Of a DNA stretch of 64,000 nucleotides, positions 1 through 14,842 are shown piece by piece; position 1 is the first letter of the stretch; every line of letters starts with the position of its first letter. Both the position numbers and the translations under genes were made by a program. The notes under the pieces are model-generated. The model ran no database searches. It was given only the letters and a program-made list of their open reading frames with translations, and was not told the origin of the DNA. This DNA is from the human T2T-CHM13v2.0 reference genome, Homo sapiens: assembly GCF_009914755.1 (NCBI RefSeq), contig NC_060929.1; one strand, written 5' to 3'.

Positions 1-370
1 CCTGAGATGATGTGAAAGGCACCACCTGCAGAAGGTGGGAGAATGGCTTTCCAGGCAGAGAGAAGGGTGGAGCAGAAGCACTCAGCGTTGGAGGGAGTGG
101 TGTGGTCCTGGAACACGGTGCTGCCTGGGAGCTCTGGCTAAAGTGTGGGCTTCCTGGATGTGGGGAGATGCAAAGTGCTCTAGAACTTGTTCTGTAGGAA
201 ATAGGGGAGCCATCAAAAGTTTTGAGAGGGGAAGTAATAAGGAAGACGCTTCTGTTGGCCATGGGGAGAATGAGTGGAAAAGGGGTAGTGGCTGAGTGAC
301 TAGACCTGTTCTGAGAGTTTTATGGGAGAGACATTAAGACCTGGACTCTCGCAATGGAGGTGCAGAGGAA
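1..370 (-). mobile_element. L2 LINE fragment (degenerate)
   Basis: Purine-rich antisense L2-type phrases (ttccaggcagagagaag; tgtaggaaataggggagccatcaaaagttttgag). Confidence 0.5.
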
Positions 371-563
371 GATTGAGAGCTTCTGTACTTTTCTGAAATG
401 TGAGAGCTCAGTTTTAAAGTTTAGATTGGACTGAGTTTATTAAAGAAAAAGAAAATGTTTTTGACACATGTCAATCTTTGTTGACACCCGTTGGTATCAA
501 TGCTGTGGGGTGAGGTCTCCATGTTCAAGGAATGGAGCCACAATGGAAAATTGGGAGTGGTAG

Positions 564-1225
<662 letters not shown>

Positions 1226-1325
1226 TTAAATGTTCAGCTGCATATGATTTTTTTCTGATTGATTGTCTCAGGTGTTTAATGAAGACTGCCTTTGTAAATC
1301 ACATGTTGTTATCCTCTATTTCTAG

Positions 1326-1425
1326 CTATTGTGGACGATGAAAGGCTCTCTGCAGAGGAGATGGATGAGAGGAGGCGGCAGAACATTGCTTATGAATATC
1401 TGTGCCACTTAGAGGAAGCCAAAAG
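1326..1425 (+). CDS. IQGAP2: IQGAP2 internal coding exon (exon 2), Ras GTPase-activating-like protein IQGAP2
   Basis: Pyrimidine tract with AG at 1324-1325 and GTAAG donor at 1426. 100-bp phase 1-to-2 exon translating (S)IVDDERLSAEEMDERRRQNIAYEYLCHLEEAK(R), which matches the recalled IQGAP2 N-terminus (IQGAP1 has VLDNERLTAEEMDERRRQNVAYEY). Confidence 0.96.
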
Positions 1426-2748
1426 GTAAGATCCAGACTTAGTCTATTTGTGCACCATCTCTTGGAGATAAGCTTTGTGATAAGGGTGTGGGATTTGATG
1501 ACCAGAGGGTTCTGAAATGGGCCAGCAATTCTAAAGAGTTGTCGTAGTTGGAGATGGCCAGGGAGAGATTCTTGCCTGCACTCAGTGATTTAGATTTGGC
1601 CAAACCTCCCATGCCAGGAGGCCAGTGGGCTAGGGGATGACCCCTCCACACTCTGCTCCACTCCTGAGTCACAGCTGGGTGCACATCACACTCCTGTGCA
1701 TATGCTACATAGTTCTAATAACTCATTTGCAGTCTTGTTGGCAGCAGGATAATGGGAGAAGAAGCATCTATTTCTTGCAAATGGTTGGGCAGAGTTGAGA
1801 AAAAGTTGATGCCACAGCCAAAGTTGAGGCACTAGGAGGAAGGCAACTATTCATTTCCCTGCCTCGGAGCCTCCCAGGAAATCACGGGGCCAACTGCAGA
1901 TTGTTTCAAATTCTTCATCTCACTGGCTTGGATGTAGAGGAGCAACAATGACTTAAATCAACTTCCTTTTTCCGCAGAGCTTCCTTGGGTCTTTTCCCCA
2001 CTCGCAGCCCAATGATGATAAATGCCCAGCAGGACAGTGGCATATCAGACTGAAGTCCATCAGTCCCTAAGTAGGTTTATGACAGCAATCTCCTCTTTAA
2101 ACCGTGGGTGTGTGGCCACTTAGGGTATATTGTCTCTAAAATCACATTGACTCTTTTAGGCTTTTTAGATTAAATAAATGTTGCGTTCTCCAAGGAGAAA
2201 GTGAAGATAAAGAGTCCTAAGTGCAAATACTTTCCTCATGAGAGGAATTGAGAGAACTTTATCCTTTGTGGGGTGAATACTACAGAGTTCATATACCATG
2301 AGTTAGAGTTTGATTGAATGCTTTATGCCAGGGTGGAGCGACAGTATTGTTCCCTGGACAAAGATATGTTCCAGCCCTCTTAGCTATATAGAAATAAATA
2401 CTTGGTTAAATGGTCACTGGTGTTAATTATCTCTGATCACTGATGAATGGCTATCTACAGAACTAGAATGATGAGGTTTTTAATCAGTATTTTGGTGACA
2501 CATGCCCTAATTTGACATCAAAATTGCTTTCAAGGGGTTTCTCAGAGTTGTTTAATATTTTAGTAGTGTCACGTAACTTTCTTTAGGCTCTAAAAACCAA
2601 GTTTTAAAGATTGTTTAACATGTCTGTGAAGTCTACAGTTAGGTTGCAGGATGCTAGCGATTCACTATCAGTCTAAGATCATTAAAAACATGCTTTTAGT
2701 CAAGTTGTCGCAAAAAAGTTAGATAAGGAGATTGATTCATAGGCATTA

Positions 2749-2931
<183 letters not shown>

Positions 2932-3523
2932 TATACTTTCAGTGAATAAGTTCAAGGAGATAGTAGAAAAACTTACTTTTCTATTGATACTCACTTTACA
3001 TTTTGTTTTTGCCTCCTGTTTTTAACAAGTGGGAAGGGGTGTCATGTAGAGGAAAATGATATGTGATTGGGAGTTGGTTTGCCTAACTTCCTGGTCCCAG
3101 CTCCACCACTTACACAAGCAGCTTGACCTTCCACAGACCATTTTACCTGTGGGAAGTTCAATTTGTCCCCTCTGTAAATGAGACAATCAAGATGATGTTA
3201 CTTATTGCCCTACTTATTCATGGATTCAAGGATTTTTAAAAAATCATTTAAAGAAGGTGAAAGTATTCTGTAAGCTATAGTGCCAGTCAGGTTTATGGTG
3301 ATAACATAAGCAAAGTTTTCTCCTCAGTATATTGAAATGGTATAAATGTAGCTTGAAAGCTTGTCATCTTCTCTAGTATTTTTGAAATTCTGTAGTTGAA
3401 TTTTGTTTCAGAAAGTCAGCATAATGATTATTTCAGATTCTTTGAGGAAAACTTTCCTTGGAATAGTTTCATGAAAATAATTATCAAAATGTACAATTTT
3501 TCCTCTAAGATGGCTTTTCATAA

Positions 3524-3906
<383 letters not shown>

Positions 3907-5810
3907 AAGACACAAATACTTTGAAAGAAGCTGATTTTTGGTCATGGATTATATAAAAATTTGTGGCTACTACTAGACATATAGTTGTGCTGATTTAAGA
4001 AAGCATAGTGCACAGAAAACTCATGGTCTTGAATGCAAGAAATACAGGAAAGGGTGAATTTGTCTTTCTTGAAAAGATGAGAGGATTTATTGCATGATTC
4101 TTTTAAAGTATTAGTACCTTTGGAATTTGTGATATTGGGTTTATTATAATGCACATATGTGTGTTCACATGAATGGAGTTGACTTAGAATATTGAGTTTC
4201 TACTAAATTGTATGCTTGTACTGTATATATTCATCTAGGAAGTGTTTCTTGTTTCTGATTTCAGTTGAAATGACTTTATTGCATTTTAATTAAAAATGTA
4301 TTGGTTCTGTCTTTGCACCTGTTTTTCTTTCTGGAGGTGAGAATTGGAAGGTATCTAGTTTGTATATCCTGTAACTTAAGATTTTTACAAATTGAGAATT
4401 ATAATATTCCAGTGTATCTTTAATTTTGGTTTTATTAATTTCAAAATTCTATAATAAATCAGGCCATTGAAAAGTTCTTTATTCAGAGGGGACATCACTA
4501 CCAACATTACAGAAATACAAAGGATTATAAAGGAATACTATGAACAATTACATGCCAATGAAAACTTAGAGGAAATTGACAAATTCCTAGAATGACAAGC
4601 TACTAAAACTGACTCAATAAGAGACTTAAACATCTGAAAAAAACTAATATAAACAGAATGAGACTTATAATAAGTGAAGAGCCTGACTTAGAAATCAGAA
4701 AACTTCCCACAAACCCAGATAACTTCACAGTAGAATTCTGCCAAATGTTTAAAGAAGAATTAAGAGCAGTCCTTGCAAACTCTTCCAAAAAATACGAAAA
4801 GAGAAAACATTTTCCAATTCATTCTTCTGAGGCCTACATTACCCTAATACCAAAACCAGATAGCCATCTCAAGAAAACTAAAGACCAATATCTCTTATGA
4901 ATACAAATGCAAAAATCCTTAGCAAAATACTAGCAAATCAAATCCAGCAACATATAAAATATATTTAATACCATCAAGTGAGATTTATCCTAGGAAGCAA
5001 GCTTGGTTTAAGACCTGAAAGTCAATATCATAGACCATATTAATGGAAGAAAGGACAGAAGCCATATGATCATCTCAATATATGCAGGAGAAGCATTTGA
5101 TAAAATCCAGCCCCCTTTCTTGACTTAAAACGTTCAACAAACTAGGAATAGAAGAGAATTTCAACCTGATAAAGGACATCTATGAAAAACCTACAAGTAA
5201 CACCATACTCAGTGGTGAAATACAGGAATAAGGATGTTTTTTCTTACCACTTCTGTTTAACATTGTACTGGAGATTTTAGCCAGGCAGTTAGGCAAGAAA
5301 AATAAGCAAAAGGCATCCAGGTTAGAAAGGAAGACGTGAAACTATTTCTAAGGGATGTTATCTGGTTTATAGAAAATCCATAGGAATCTACTAAAAAACA
5401 GAACAGAAGAAAACACTAAGAAAACCCCACCACAATGAGTCCATCATGGTTGTAGGATACTAGGGGAGTGTGTAAAAATGGCATTTCTTGACACGAGCAA
5501 TAAGCAATCTGAAAATGAAATTAAGAAAGCAATTCACTATATGATAGCATTAAAAACAATAAAATTCTTAGGAATAAAATTAACAAAAGAAGTACAAGAA
5601 TTGAACACTGAAAACTACAACACATTGAAAATTTTAAAACTCTTAAATAGACAGAAAGACATCTCATGTTCATGGATTGGAAAATAGCATTAAGAAAACA
5701 ATGGTCCCAAATTGATTTATAGATTCAATACAGTTTCTAGAAATATTCCCAGCTGCCTTCTTTTTTTTTAAATGGAGAAATTAGAAAGCTGATTCTAAAA
5801 TTTATATGGT

Positions 5811-6107
5811 GGCCAGGTCTGGTGGCTTGTGCTTATCTTCCAGCACTTTGGGAGGCTGAGATGGGAGTATTGCTTGAGGCCAGGAGTTTGAGACCAGCCT
5901 AGGTAATGTAGCGAAACCCTGTCTCTGCAAAAAAAAAAATTTTTGAATTAGCTAGATGTGGTGGCATGCACCAGTAGACCTAGCTACTCTGGAGGCTGAG
6001 GCGTGAAGATCACTCAGGAGGCTGAGGATGCAGTGAGTTACGATCACACCACTGCACTCCAGGCTGGATGACAGAGCAAGACCTTGTCTCAAAAACAAGA
6101 ACAAAAA
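5811..6107 (+). mobile_element. AluJ inserted in L1
   Basis: Alu consensus; TSD taaa(a/g)tttatatgg. Confidence 0.92.
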
Positions 6108-6724
6108 TAAAGTTTATATGGAGATGCAAGGAATGCAGAATAGTCAAAAGTGTCTTGAAAAAGAAACGCAAAGTTGGAGGACTCATTTTTCAATTTCAAA
6201 ACGTACTTACAAAGCCCACAGTAATTGAGACAGTATGGTACTGGCATAAGGATATGCATATAGATCAATAGAGTAGATTTGAGAGTCTAGAAATAAACCC
6301 TAACACTTCTGGTAAACTGATTTTCATCAGCAGAATAAAGTCAATTCACTGGGAGTGAGAGAAGATGCCCTTTTCAACAGAGGATGCTGACTACTCAGTG
6401 TCTACATACATAAAAATGAATTTGGACCTCTGCCTCACACCGTATACAAACATTTTCTTAAAATGGATTATTAACCTAAATGTGAGAGCCACAACTGTAA
6501 ATCTCTCCAGAAGAAAACAGGAGTAAATCTTTGTAGCCTTGGGTGTTAGGCATTGGTTTCTGAGCTATGACACCAAAGCACAACCAATAAAAGAAAAACA
6601 GATAAATTAGACATTATAAAAACTGAAACCTTTTCTGATTCAAGAGATACCATCAAGAAAGTGAAAAGACAAATCATGTGTCTGATAAAGGTTACATGTA
6701 TTCAGAATATACAAAGGGTTCTTA

Positions 6725-7045
<321 letters not shown>

Positions 7046-8239
7046 CTACATAAAGAGTTAATAGCCTAATTTTAAAATGGGCAAAAGTTCTGAATAGACA
7101 TGTCTCCAAAGAAGATACACAAGTGATCAATAAGCATATGACAAGGTAGTCAACATCATTAGTCATCAGGGAAATACAAATCAAAACCACAATGAGATGT
7201 TACTTCATACCCACCAGCGTAGCTATAATCAAAGATGGACAATAACAAATGTTAGTGAGGATGTAGAGAAATCAAAACTCATACATTGCTGAACAGATTG
7301 TAAAATGGTGCAGCTACTTTAGAAAATAGTCTGGCAGCTCTTTAAAAAATTAAACAGAGTTACCATATGACCCAGCAATTATCCTCCCAGGTATATACGA
7401 ATGAAAATTGAAAATCTATGCCCATACAAAAACTTGTACTCGAATGTTCACAGAATCATTATTCATAATGACAAAAAGCAGAAACAATCCAAATGTCTAC
7501 CCACTGATAAACGGTGATGTATCCATACAATGAAATATTTCTCAGCTATAAAAAAGAATGAAGTACTGATACATACTACAACATGGATGAACCTTAAAAA
7601 CATGTTGAGTGAAAGAAGCTAGACACAAAAGGCCACATATTATATGAAATGTCCAGAATAGACAAATCCACAGAGACAAAGTAGATTAGTGATTGCCAGG
7701 GCCTAGGGGAAGAAGAGAAATGCTGGGTAACTGCTACTGGGTATGGGATTTCTTTTTGGGCTGATAAAAATATTCTAAAATTGATTGTGGTGATGGTTGC
7801 ACAACTTTGAGTATACTAAGAACCACTGAGTTGTTTACTTTAAAAGGGAGAATTGTATGGTATATAAGTTGTATCTCAATAAAGCTATTTATTAAAGATA
7901 ATTTCCTTACACTGGCTTGGAGAGGTCCTTAGGAAGCTGTTAAATAAGATCAATTGGTATTAGCAGATACATTGCATATAGAAGGTACCCCTAAGATACA
8001 CGAGATATCTAAATACTGTGTTTGTTTTACAGATATTTATTGAGCATCCTTTATGTGTAAACAAGCCTAGGAGGGTTGTTTTGGGAGATGGAGTTCAGGC
8101 AACAAATAATGCTGTGCTCAGAAAAACTCGCCATTTGGTTGAACTTTTTACTCAAGAGTTTAAAGTTATTTTCCTTCATTTATGTTTGCTCTGTTAATCT
8201 CTCTGTATATGTGTATCATCTCCATATCCAGCCATCATC

Positions 8240-8720
8240 CTCCTAAACAGCTCTCATATGTTCACCTCTCTATCCCACCACTGCTAGCCCGCCAAAGGAT
8301 TCCAGCATCTCTTGTGAGACTACTGTAGTGGTCCTTAACTGGTTTCTTCATGAGTCTCTAGCCTCCTTCAATCCTTTATCTGTCTTATAGTCAGATAAAT
8401 CTTTTCAAAACTCTGAGCAAACTCCTTTACTTGGCCTCATAGGCTCTGCATAGTCCAGTTCAACCTCTTTAGTTTTACATTGTGCCGCACTGCTCTGTGC
8501 TTCAACCACATTGATCTGTTTTATTCCCTGTTCCCTCCTGCACAGGACCTTGCCATGTGCTATTCGCTTTTCATATTCCTCTTTATCTAGTCAGACTTAC
8601 TTCCTCTTCAGATTGCAGCTCACTTTTTCAGGGTATCCTTCTCTGGCTTCCACATCCAGGTCAAACTCACCGATTAGAAGGCCTTTTGACATCACATCTA
8701 TTGCATGTTTGAATGAATAA
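8240..8720 (+). mobile_element. L2 fragment
   Basis: Pyrimidine-rich L2 phrases ending in tgaatgaata. Confidence 0.55.
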
Positions 8721-9155
8721 CGTAATGCCCAGTGTTGGATCAGTATCATTCGCTACTAAGGAGGTTTGATTATGCTCTGTTTTCTGTACATTTTGGATGT
8801 TGGAGGTAACAAGGAGGATATGAATCAGACTCACGGTAGACAGCTAGACTGCCAGCCTAGCGGTAATCTTTGTTTCACTGGAAAATTCTATATTGCAGTT
8901 AGATGATGCAAGTCCTTCCCGACAGGTTTGTGACCCAGTAAGTTATGAAGCTGGGAATTCCAGACAACTTAATAAGCCGTGATACCACAGTGAACTAGAA
9001 AATATCCAGAAAGGCGTATAGAGTATTGCTCAATGAATGAATGAAGAGAGAAAGAGGAAGCCTGTGTATTAGGAGGACTTAAGGCTGAAATTATTGCTCA
9101 AACTTTATAAAATTATGAAGTCTTTACGTATAGATGTTAAGACTCAAAAAATGAA

Positions 9156-9459
9156 TTTTTTTTTTTTTTGAGACGTAGTGTCACTCTGTTGCCCAAGCTG
9201 GAATGCAGTGCAGTGGTGCGATCTCGGCTCACCGTAACCTCCACCTCCTGGGTTCAAACGATTATTTCTCCTGCCTCAGCCTCCCAAGTAGCTAGGATTA
9301 CAGAAGTATGCCACCATGTCTGGCTAATTTTTATATTGTTGTAGAGACAGGATCTCACCATGTTGGCCAGGCTGGTCTCAAACTCTTGGCCTCAAGTGAT
9401 CCGCCTGCATTGGCCTCCAAAAGTGCTGGGATTACAGGCATGAGCCACCGCTCCTGGCC
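9156..9459 (-). mobile_element. AluS
   Basis: Antisense Alu consensus. Confidence 0.94.
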
Positions 9460-9631
9460 TCAAAAAACTAATATTGATGGCAATGAACAAAATATTAAAC
9501 AGGCTTTTTTTTTTAGGGCCAAAAAGAAGTAATTTGGCTCTTCACCCAAATTACTTCACCCTACAGGCTGAAGGATTCAGATGAAGTGGAGAGTGAATCA
9601 CTTCTGTTAAGAGGCAAAGGATGTCTTGTAT

Positions 9632-10174
9632 ATGTATTAGTTGCCTATGACTATATAACAAGTTATTCTAAAACTTAGTAGCTTAAAACAATAAACATTT
9701 ATCTCGGAATTTTTGAGGGTCAGAAATCTGTCATTGCTTAACTGGGTCCTCTGGTTTTGGGTCTCTCACAAAGCTGCAGTCATCTCACAGTTCACGTGGG
9801 GCACACCCACTTCCAAGCCACCCAGTGACACTGGCAGGATTCAGTTTCTGACAGGTTTTTGGACTGGAGATCTCAGTTCCTTGCTGCTGTTGGCCAGAGT
9901 CTTCCCTCAGTTGCTCACCACTTGGGCCTCTGACACATGGAAACTTACACATGGCAACTGGTTTCCATCAGAGTAGGCAACTGAGAGAAGAAGATGGAAG
10001 CTAGTCTTTTTGTAACCTATTCTTAGCAATGACACCCATCATTTATGCTGTATCCTATTCATTAGAATCGAGTTACTAAGTCAAGGCCATGCTCAAGGGG
10101 AGGAGTTTTCCACAAGGGGTTGAATTCAGAGGGATGGGGATGACTGGGGCACCACCTTAGAAGCTGCCTTTCAC
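9632..10174 (-). mobile_element. MaLR solo LTR (MLT1F-like)
   Basis: tgtattagtt...aaaacttagtagcttaaaacaataaacattt...cttagaagctgcctttcaca, the reverse complement of an MLT1F-type LTR. Confidence 0.8.
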
Positions 10175-10319
10175 AGGGTGTCTTCATAGGCTTTTGAAAT
10201 GGACCCCAGAAAGGGAATTTGAGGATAAAATTATTTTTGTTACTATTAGAAACTCAATCAGAAATTGAATCCTTCCTGATCTGAATGCTTACGGTTCTAA
10301 GCTTACTGCTGCCTTGATT

Positions 10320-10465
10320 GTTTTTTGTTGGTTTGTGTTTTTGTTTTTAATTTTAAGGGTCTTGCTGTGTTGCCCAGGCTGGATTCAAACTCCTGGGCTC
10401 AAACAATCCTCCAGCTTCAGCCTCCCAAGTAGCTGAGGCTACAGTTGCTTGCTACCATGCCTGGC
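10320..10465 (-). mobile_element. Alu monomer (FAM/FLAM-like)
   Basis: Single antisense monomer flanked by ccttgatt repeats. Confidence 0.8.
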
Positions 10466-12669
10466 AACTCCCTTGATTTTTTTTAATTGGGAGCTGTTTT
10501 AAACTAAGCCTTTTCATTTCTTTGTCATTTAAAATAATACTAAATGGACTTTTTAGGTTTCCTTTTCAAGTAGGCCCTCAAAGCTAACTTTATAGCTTCT
10601 TTGCTGTGGGGCTTTTGCTGAAATGAAACTGTACAGACAAGTCTACTACTAATATGGGCTTTGAAATGTCCTCTCTGATGCCAGAAATCCTACTATTTAA
10701 ATTAAAGGAGTAACTTTTCCAAAAGAATTAGTACTGCTGAGTAGATTTTATATTAATCTGCCTAAAATTTATTCAAATAATGAAAATGAATCTGTTTTAA
10801 GAAATTCAGTCTTTTAGTTTTTAGGACAACTATGCAAAAATGTACGATGGAGAATTCTTTTTGGATAAACTCTAGGTTGAGGAACTTAATCCAACCGGAG
10901 CTATTGTGAAGGTCAGAAAACAGGAGAGGGAATCTTGGCAAGGAATGGAGACGGAGTTTGCAAATTGCAGCTTGAGTAAATAGTTATGAATGGGACTGCT
11001 ATTGTGTCTCCCAAGGAAAGTTCCTGTGATATTATATTCCTTTTTTAAGGAAAGAGAAAATGCACAGAAAACTTTTGCTGTGCTTCCTTTTTCTGTCCTA
11101 CCTCTGAAAATAAACTAAGCAAAAAAAAAAAAAAAAAAACACCCTTCCCTTGGTGATAGGCTTGTTTAGAAATATTATCTTCAAAGGTCTCTTTAGGTAA
11201 GCCAAGCCATTGGCTATATTGGTGAGTCTGGGACAGTTATATATGTGCCCTGGAAAGAAAACAAAACACGGGTGTGATTCCTTTTGTGTCAGTGTTTACA
11301 ACTCAGATACCAAAAGAACACCTTGTTGATTAAATCAAGTCTCAAGCTCTGGCCTTATCTAGTGGTGAGTTAGAGAATCAGATTTGAAAGGAGAAGTGCT
11401 TCAAATGTTTAAGCAAGTGAAAGCCATGAGTTGCTTAACAGTCAATATTCATGATTAGTTTAAAAAAAAAAAGAGAATCTTCTGACTGGGGAATACTTTA
11501 GAGAATCCAGTGGATTTCCTCTGCATGCTTGGACCTCACTATCCTTATTCCTAGGACATACCCATGGATAAGCAATGCTAATAAGAACTTGGAATTTCCA
11601 GGGAAATATTTTTCTTTGTTGCTCTACACACAAAATAGTAATGAAATTTTTAAGAATTCCTAATTGCATTTTCAAAACATAAATAGTTTTCATGTTTCCA
11701 CTGTAACTCTCCATTTCTCCCTTCCCTCCCTTGTTCTCTCCCTGGCTCTGACCTCACCTCTGCTTTCCATGGGGAGCAAGATGAACTGCTTGGTTGTTCC
11801 ATGCGGCAGCTGGTGGGGCAGAGGGTGCAGTGAGCTGAGAGCAGGGACCCCCTCGCAAGTCTGGCACCTGGTTGAGGGGAAGGCCTGCTTGGGGCTGCTT
11901 TCCAACCAGCTTGCCTCAGGAGCCCTGTGCCAGCGAGGCTGAGATCAGGGCCTGGCACATCCCAATGGCAGGGAGAGAGTAACTTGTGAGGAGCCCAGAC
12001 TTGTCCAGGGTAGCTTGGCAGAGTTGGAGAGGTGGTCTTAACAGGGTGATCTCCGTGGCACAGGAATAGACGTGATCCCAGCCAGCCCTACCTGCCAACA
12101 AGTAGTGCTTGTAGTTGGGGCCTCAGAGAGGTGTTGGTGCTGAGGGCCAGCTGGCGGTGACCAGGGATTATGCTGTGGAGCTAGAATGGAAGGAACACTT
12201 ATTAAGGATATAAAGGAAAAAGCTACAGGACTTGGCGGGGGTCTGGATTTGGGCAGCAGAGGAGGACACTGGGAGGTCAGATGCCCTGGGGCAGATCAAA
12301 GCATTGCTTATCTGACTCAGCAGGACACATTTCGTGTTCTCTGTCTGCCAAGCCTAGGCTTGGGCATATAGTAGGTGGAAAAAGTTCTTTGTTTTTAGTT
12401 TCACATATTGTACTAGCTTTGGATGTATGTTGGACAGGTGCCAATCGGGTATGTTCTGACAGATGAAAGTATAACTTTTCAGAGTGCTGGTATTTTAAAA
12501 TACAAATAATCGGTATTAATCATCTCCAGCCAAAGACAAGTTGAGCAACTGATATTTGATCCCAAAGTTTATATTTGTTTCTCAGGATCTTCAAAGTTGG
12601 AAACCTGGGAGAGGTTTGGAATTTTCCATGGTTGCAAATGTACTTTACTCACAAGGATTATCACACAAG

Positions 12670-12880
12670 TGTCTACTCACCAGGCACGGTGCTTTAAGCA
12701 TTCAACCCACATGGTCTCGATTCTCACAACCACTCTGTGGGAAGGAGCATTATCCCCATTTGATAGATGGAAAAACCAAGTCTTGGAAAAACTTAAGTAA
12801 TTTATTCAGTGTCGCAGCCAACAGGCGACAGCAACAGTATTACAACCTAGGTCTTTCTGACTTCAAAGACTGTGCTTAAA
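12670..12880 (-). mobile_element. MIR
   Basis: ttctcacaaccactctgtgg...attatccccatttgatagatggaaaaacc MIR core. Confidence 0.7.
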
Positions 12881-13269
12881 AACTATAACATACTGTCCCA
12901 TTTCTTTATTTCTTAATGTGTTTTGATCATGTCTTCCTTGTAAGTCCAAAACATGGTCTTGGTTTTTAGGTTCTATATGGGCTAGTTCTAGTTCTAGCTC
13001 TTGATCAATAAATTCTCACTTAAGCTTTGGTGGAATTAGCACAATATAGCTAATTCCACCGAAGAATTTATTGGCTATATATGGCTATATATTGTTTTAT
13101 TTTCCTTTCTCTTTTTTTTTCCTGTGAACTGTTTCTATTTTGTTTTAACTGGTACTATTATAAGTAGTTTGTTCTGGGAATAATTTATCTTGTATTTACT
13201 TTGTGTTCTTCCTCCCTCTTTCTCCTTCTCTCTTTTGCTCATTTTAGGCTAGCTCTTTCTTGCTCTCTC

Positions 13270-13402
13270 TTTTTTCAATTAAAATAAAATAGAGATGAGA
13301 TCTCACTATGTTGCTTAGGCTGGTCTTGAACTCCTGGCCTCAGGCAGTCCTCCCACCTTGGCCTCCCAAAGTGCTGGAATTACAGGCATCAGCTACTGTG
13401 CC
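13270..13402 (-). mobile_element. FLAM (Alu left monomer)
   Basis: tagagatgagatctcactatgttgc...cccaaagtgctgg. Confidence 0.85.
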
Positions 13403-13859
13403 TTAAAGTATTATTAAGAATTTGTACTTCTCTATGATGTAGACTTTATTCTGTTCTCTTCACCCAAGAAAATTTTGGTGCATCTTTATTCTTGGTTAGG
13501 CCTCCATACCACCTTCAATTCATCAATTATCTTTTTGGTTTTGCCACTATTATGACTGGTTTCAAAGAATGCTTGGCTTTTTGTTGAAACATCAAAAGGT
13601 ATGAGTAGCAAACAGCACTGAGATCTCTTCCTTCCTGTGTGAACCTCCCCACCGGAAGCTGCCTCATGCTGTGATGCTTAAAAGTCATAAAACGGTATCA
13701 TTATTCAAGGCATAGAGTGACTTTAGGGAAGCTGGTGGGGGAGAACATTTGTACAAGGTTGTCACAGAATGATTTCTTTGTGTCTTCCATTTTTAGGGTG
13801 ATATAGAATGTAGAGCGATCTTCCATTGCCTTCTCAGTCTGAACACCTTTGTTTTTCTT

Positions 13860-13990
13860 TAACAGAGTCAAATCCCCATTTCATATATGGGGATACTGAG
13901 GCTCAGAAATTTATCTCACTTATCCATGGTGGAGTTAGTGGTAGATTTGGGATTAGGATAAAGGTCTTCTGACTGTTTGACAGTGCTCTT
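13860..13990 (-). mobile_element. MIR fragment
   Basis: ccccatttcatatatggggatactgaggctcaga. Confidence 0.6.
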
Positions 13991-13997
13991 TAGTTCC

Positions 13998-14089
13998 ATG
14001 AGTCTCTATACACCATGTTGAGTAGTAAAAGTAGAAAGCTCAAATGAGTCTCTATAAATCATGTTGAGTAGTAAAAGTAGAAAGCTCAA
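13998..14089. repeat. 46-bp tandem duplication (2 copies)
   Basis: atgagtctctata(c/a)a(c/t)catgttgagtagtaaaagtagaaagctcaa twice, 2 mismatches. Confidence 0.95.
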
Positions 14090-14451
14090 TAAAGAAAAAA
14101 TATAAACATGAATATTAAACTTATTTGGTAGATTCAGTTCAAGTTTGCTTTTGGTTAAATGCTGCAAATGGTTTGGGGGAATTAGCCATTCATATGTTCT
14201 TGTCCTTGATCTTTCGTTTTTGCTGAGAAACTTGAACCCATTTTGGTGCAAGAACAGGAATTCAGGAATTAACATTTCTAGTCATTTCTGCACTCTGTAC
14301 TCCGTCCTACTTGGCTTAATGTCCCTGGGTTGCTTTTTTGTTTGTTTGTTTTTTCCCATCGTGTGATTTGTAATACACAGCTTTTCCTGCCCCTGGTATT
14401 TCTCAAGGCAAGAGTTGAGGCAGCTATGTCATCTGGGAGAGTGACTTAGGG

Positions 14452-14842
14452 CAGTGATCCCCAAATTCATTTACACCTGCATCAAGGTCACTTGGATGCT
14501 TGTGTGAGTGCAGGCTTCTGAGGATCACTCCTGACCCTATAAGGCCATCTCTAAGGACAACCTCCGCCTCCCAGGTTCAAGCGATTCTCCTGCCTCAGCC
14601 TCCCAAGTAGCTGGAATCACAGGCATGCATCACCACACCTGGCTGATTTTGTATTTTTAGTAGAGACGGGGTTTCACCATATTGGTCAGGCTGGTCTTGA
14701 ACTCCCGACCTCATGTGATCCACCCACCTCAGCCTCCCAAAGTGCTGGGATTACAGGCATAAGCCACCGCGTCCGGCTGAGGTCTGCCTTTTAACAGAGC
14801 ACTGGAGTACACTATTATGCACACTGACATTTGAGATAGCAT
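14452..14842. mobile_element. MER5-like hAT relic interrupted by an Alu
   Basis: cagtgatccccaaa...ctgccttttaaca...atgcacactgacatttgaga. Confidence 0.5.
14558..14777 (-). mobile_element. AluS lacking its 3' end and tail
   Basis: Starts abruptly at caacctccgcctcccagg with no poly-T. Confidence 0.9.

Noticed and set aside
4658-6271. ORFs resembling reverse transcriptase ORF2
   Set aside because: Fragments of a dead L1M with many stops and frameshifts
8755-8906. Shine-Dalgarno-like taaggaggt and aaggagg-atATG followed by a 28-codon ORF, suggesting bacterial DNA
   Set aside because: Short purine matches are expected by chance; there is no long ORF and the context is mammalian L2-like sequence
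10810-11000. Exon-like stretch after ttttagtttttag
   Set aside because: No convincing donor and no IQGAP-like or otherwise recognisable translation
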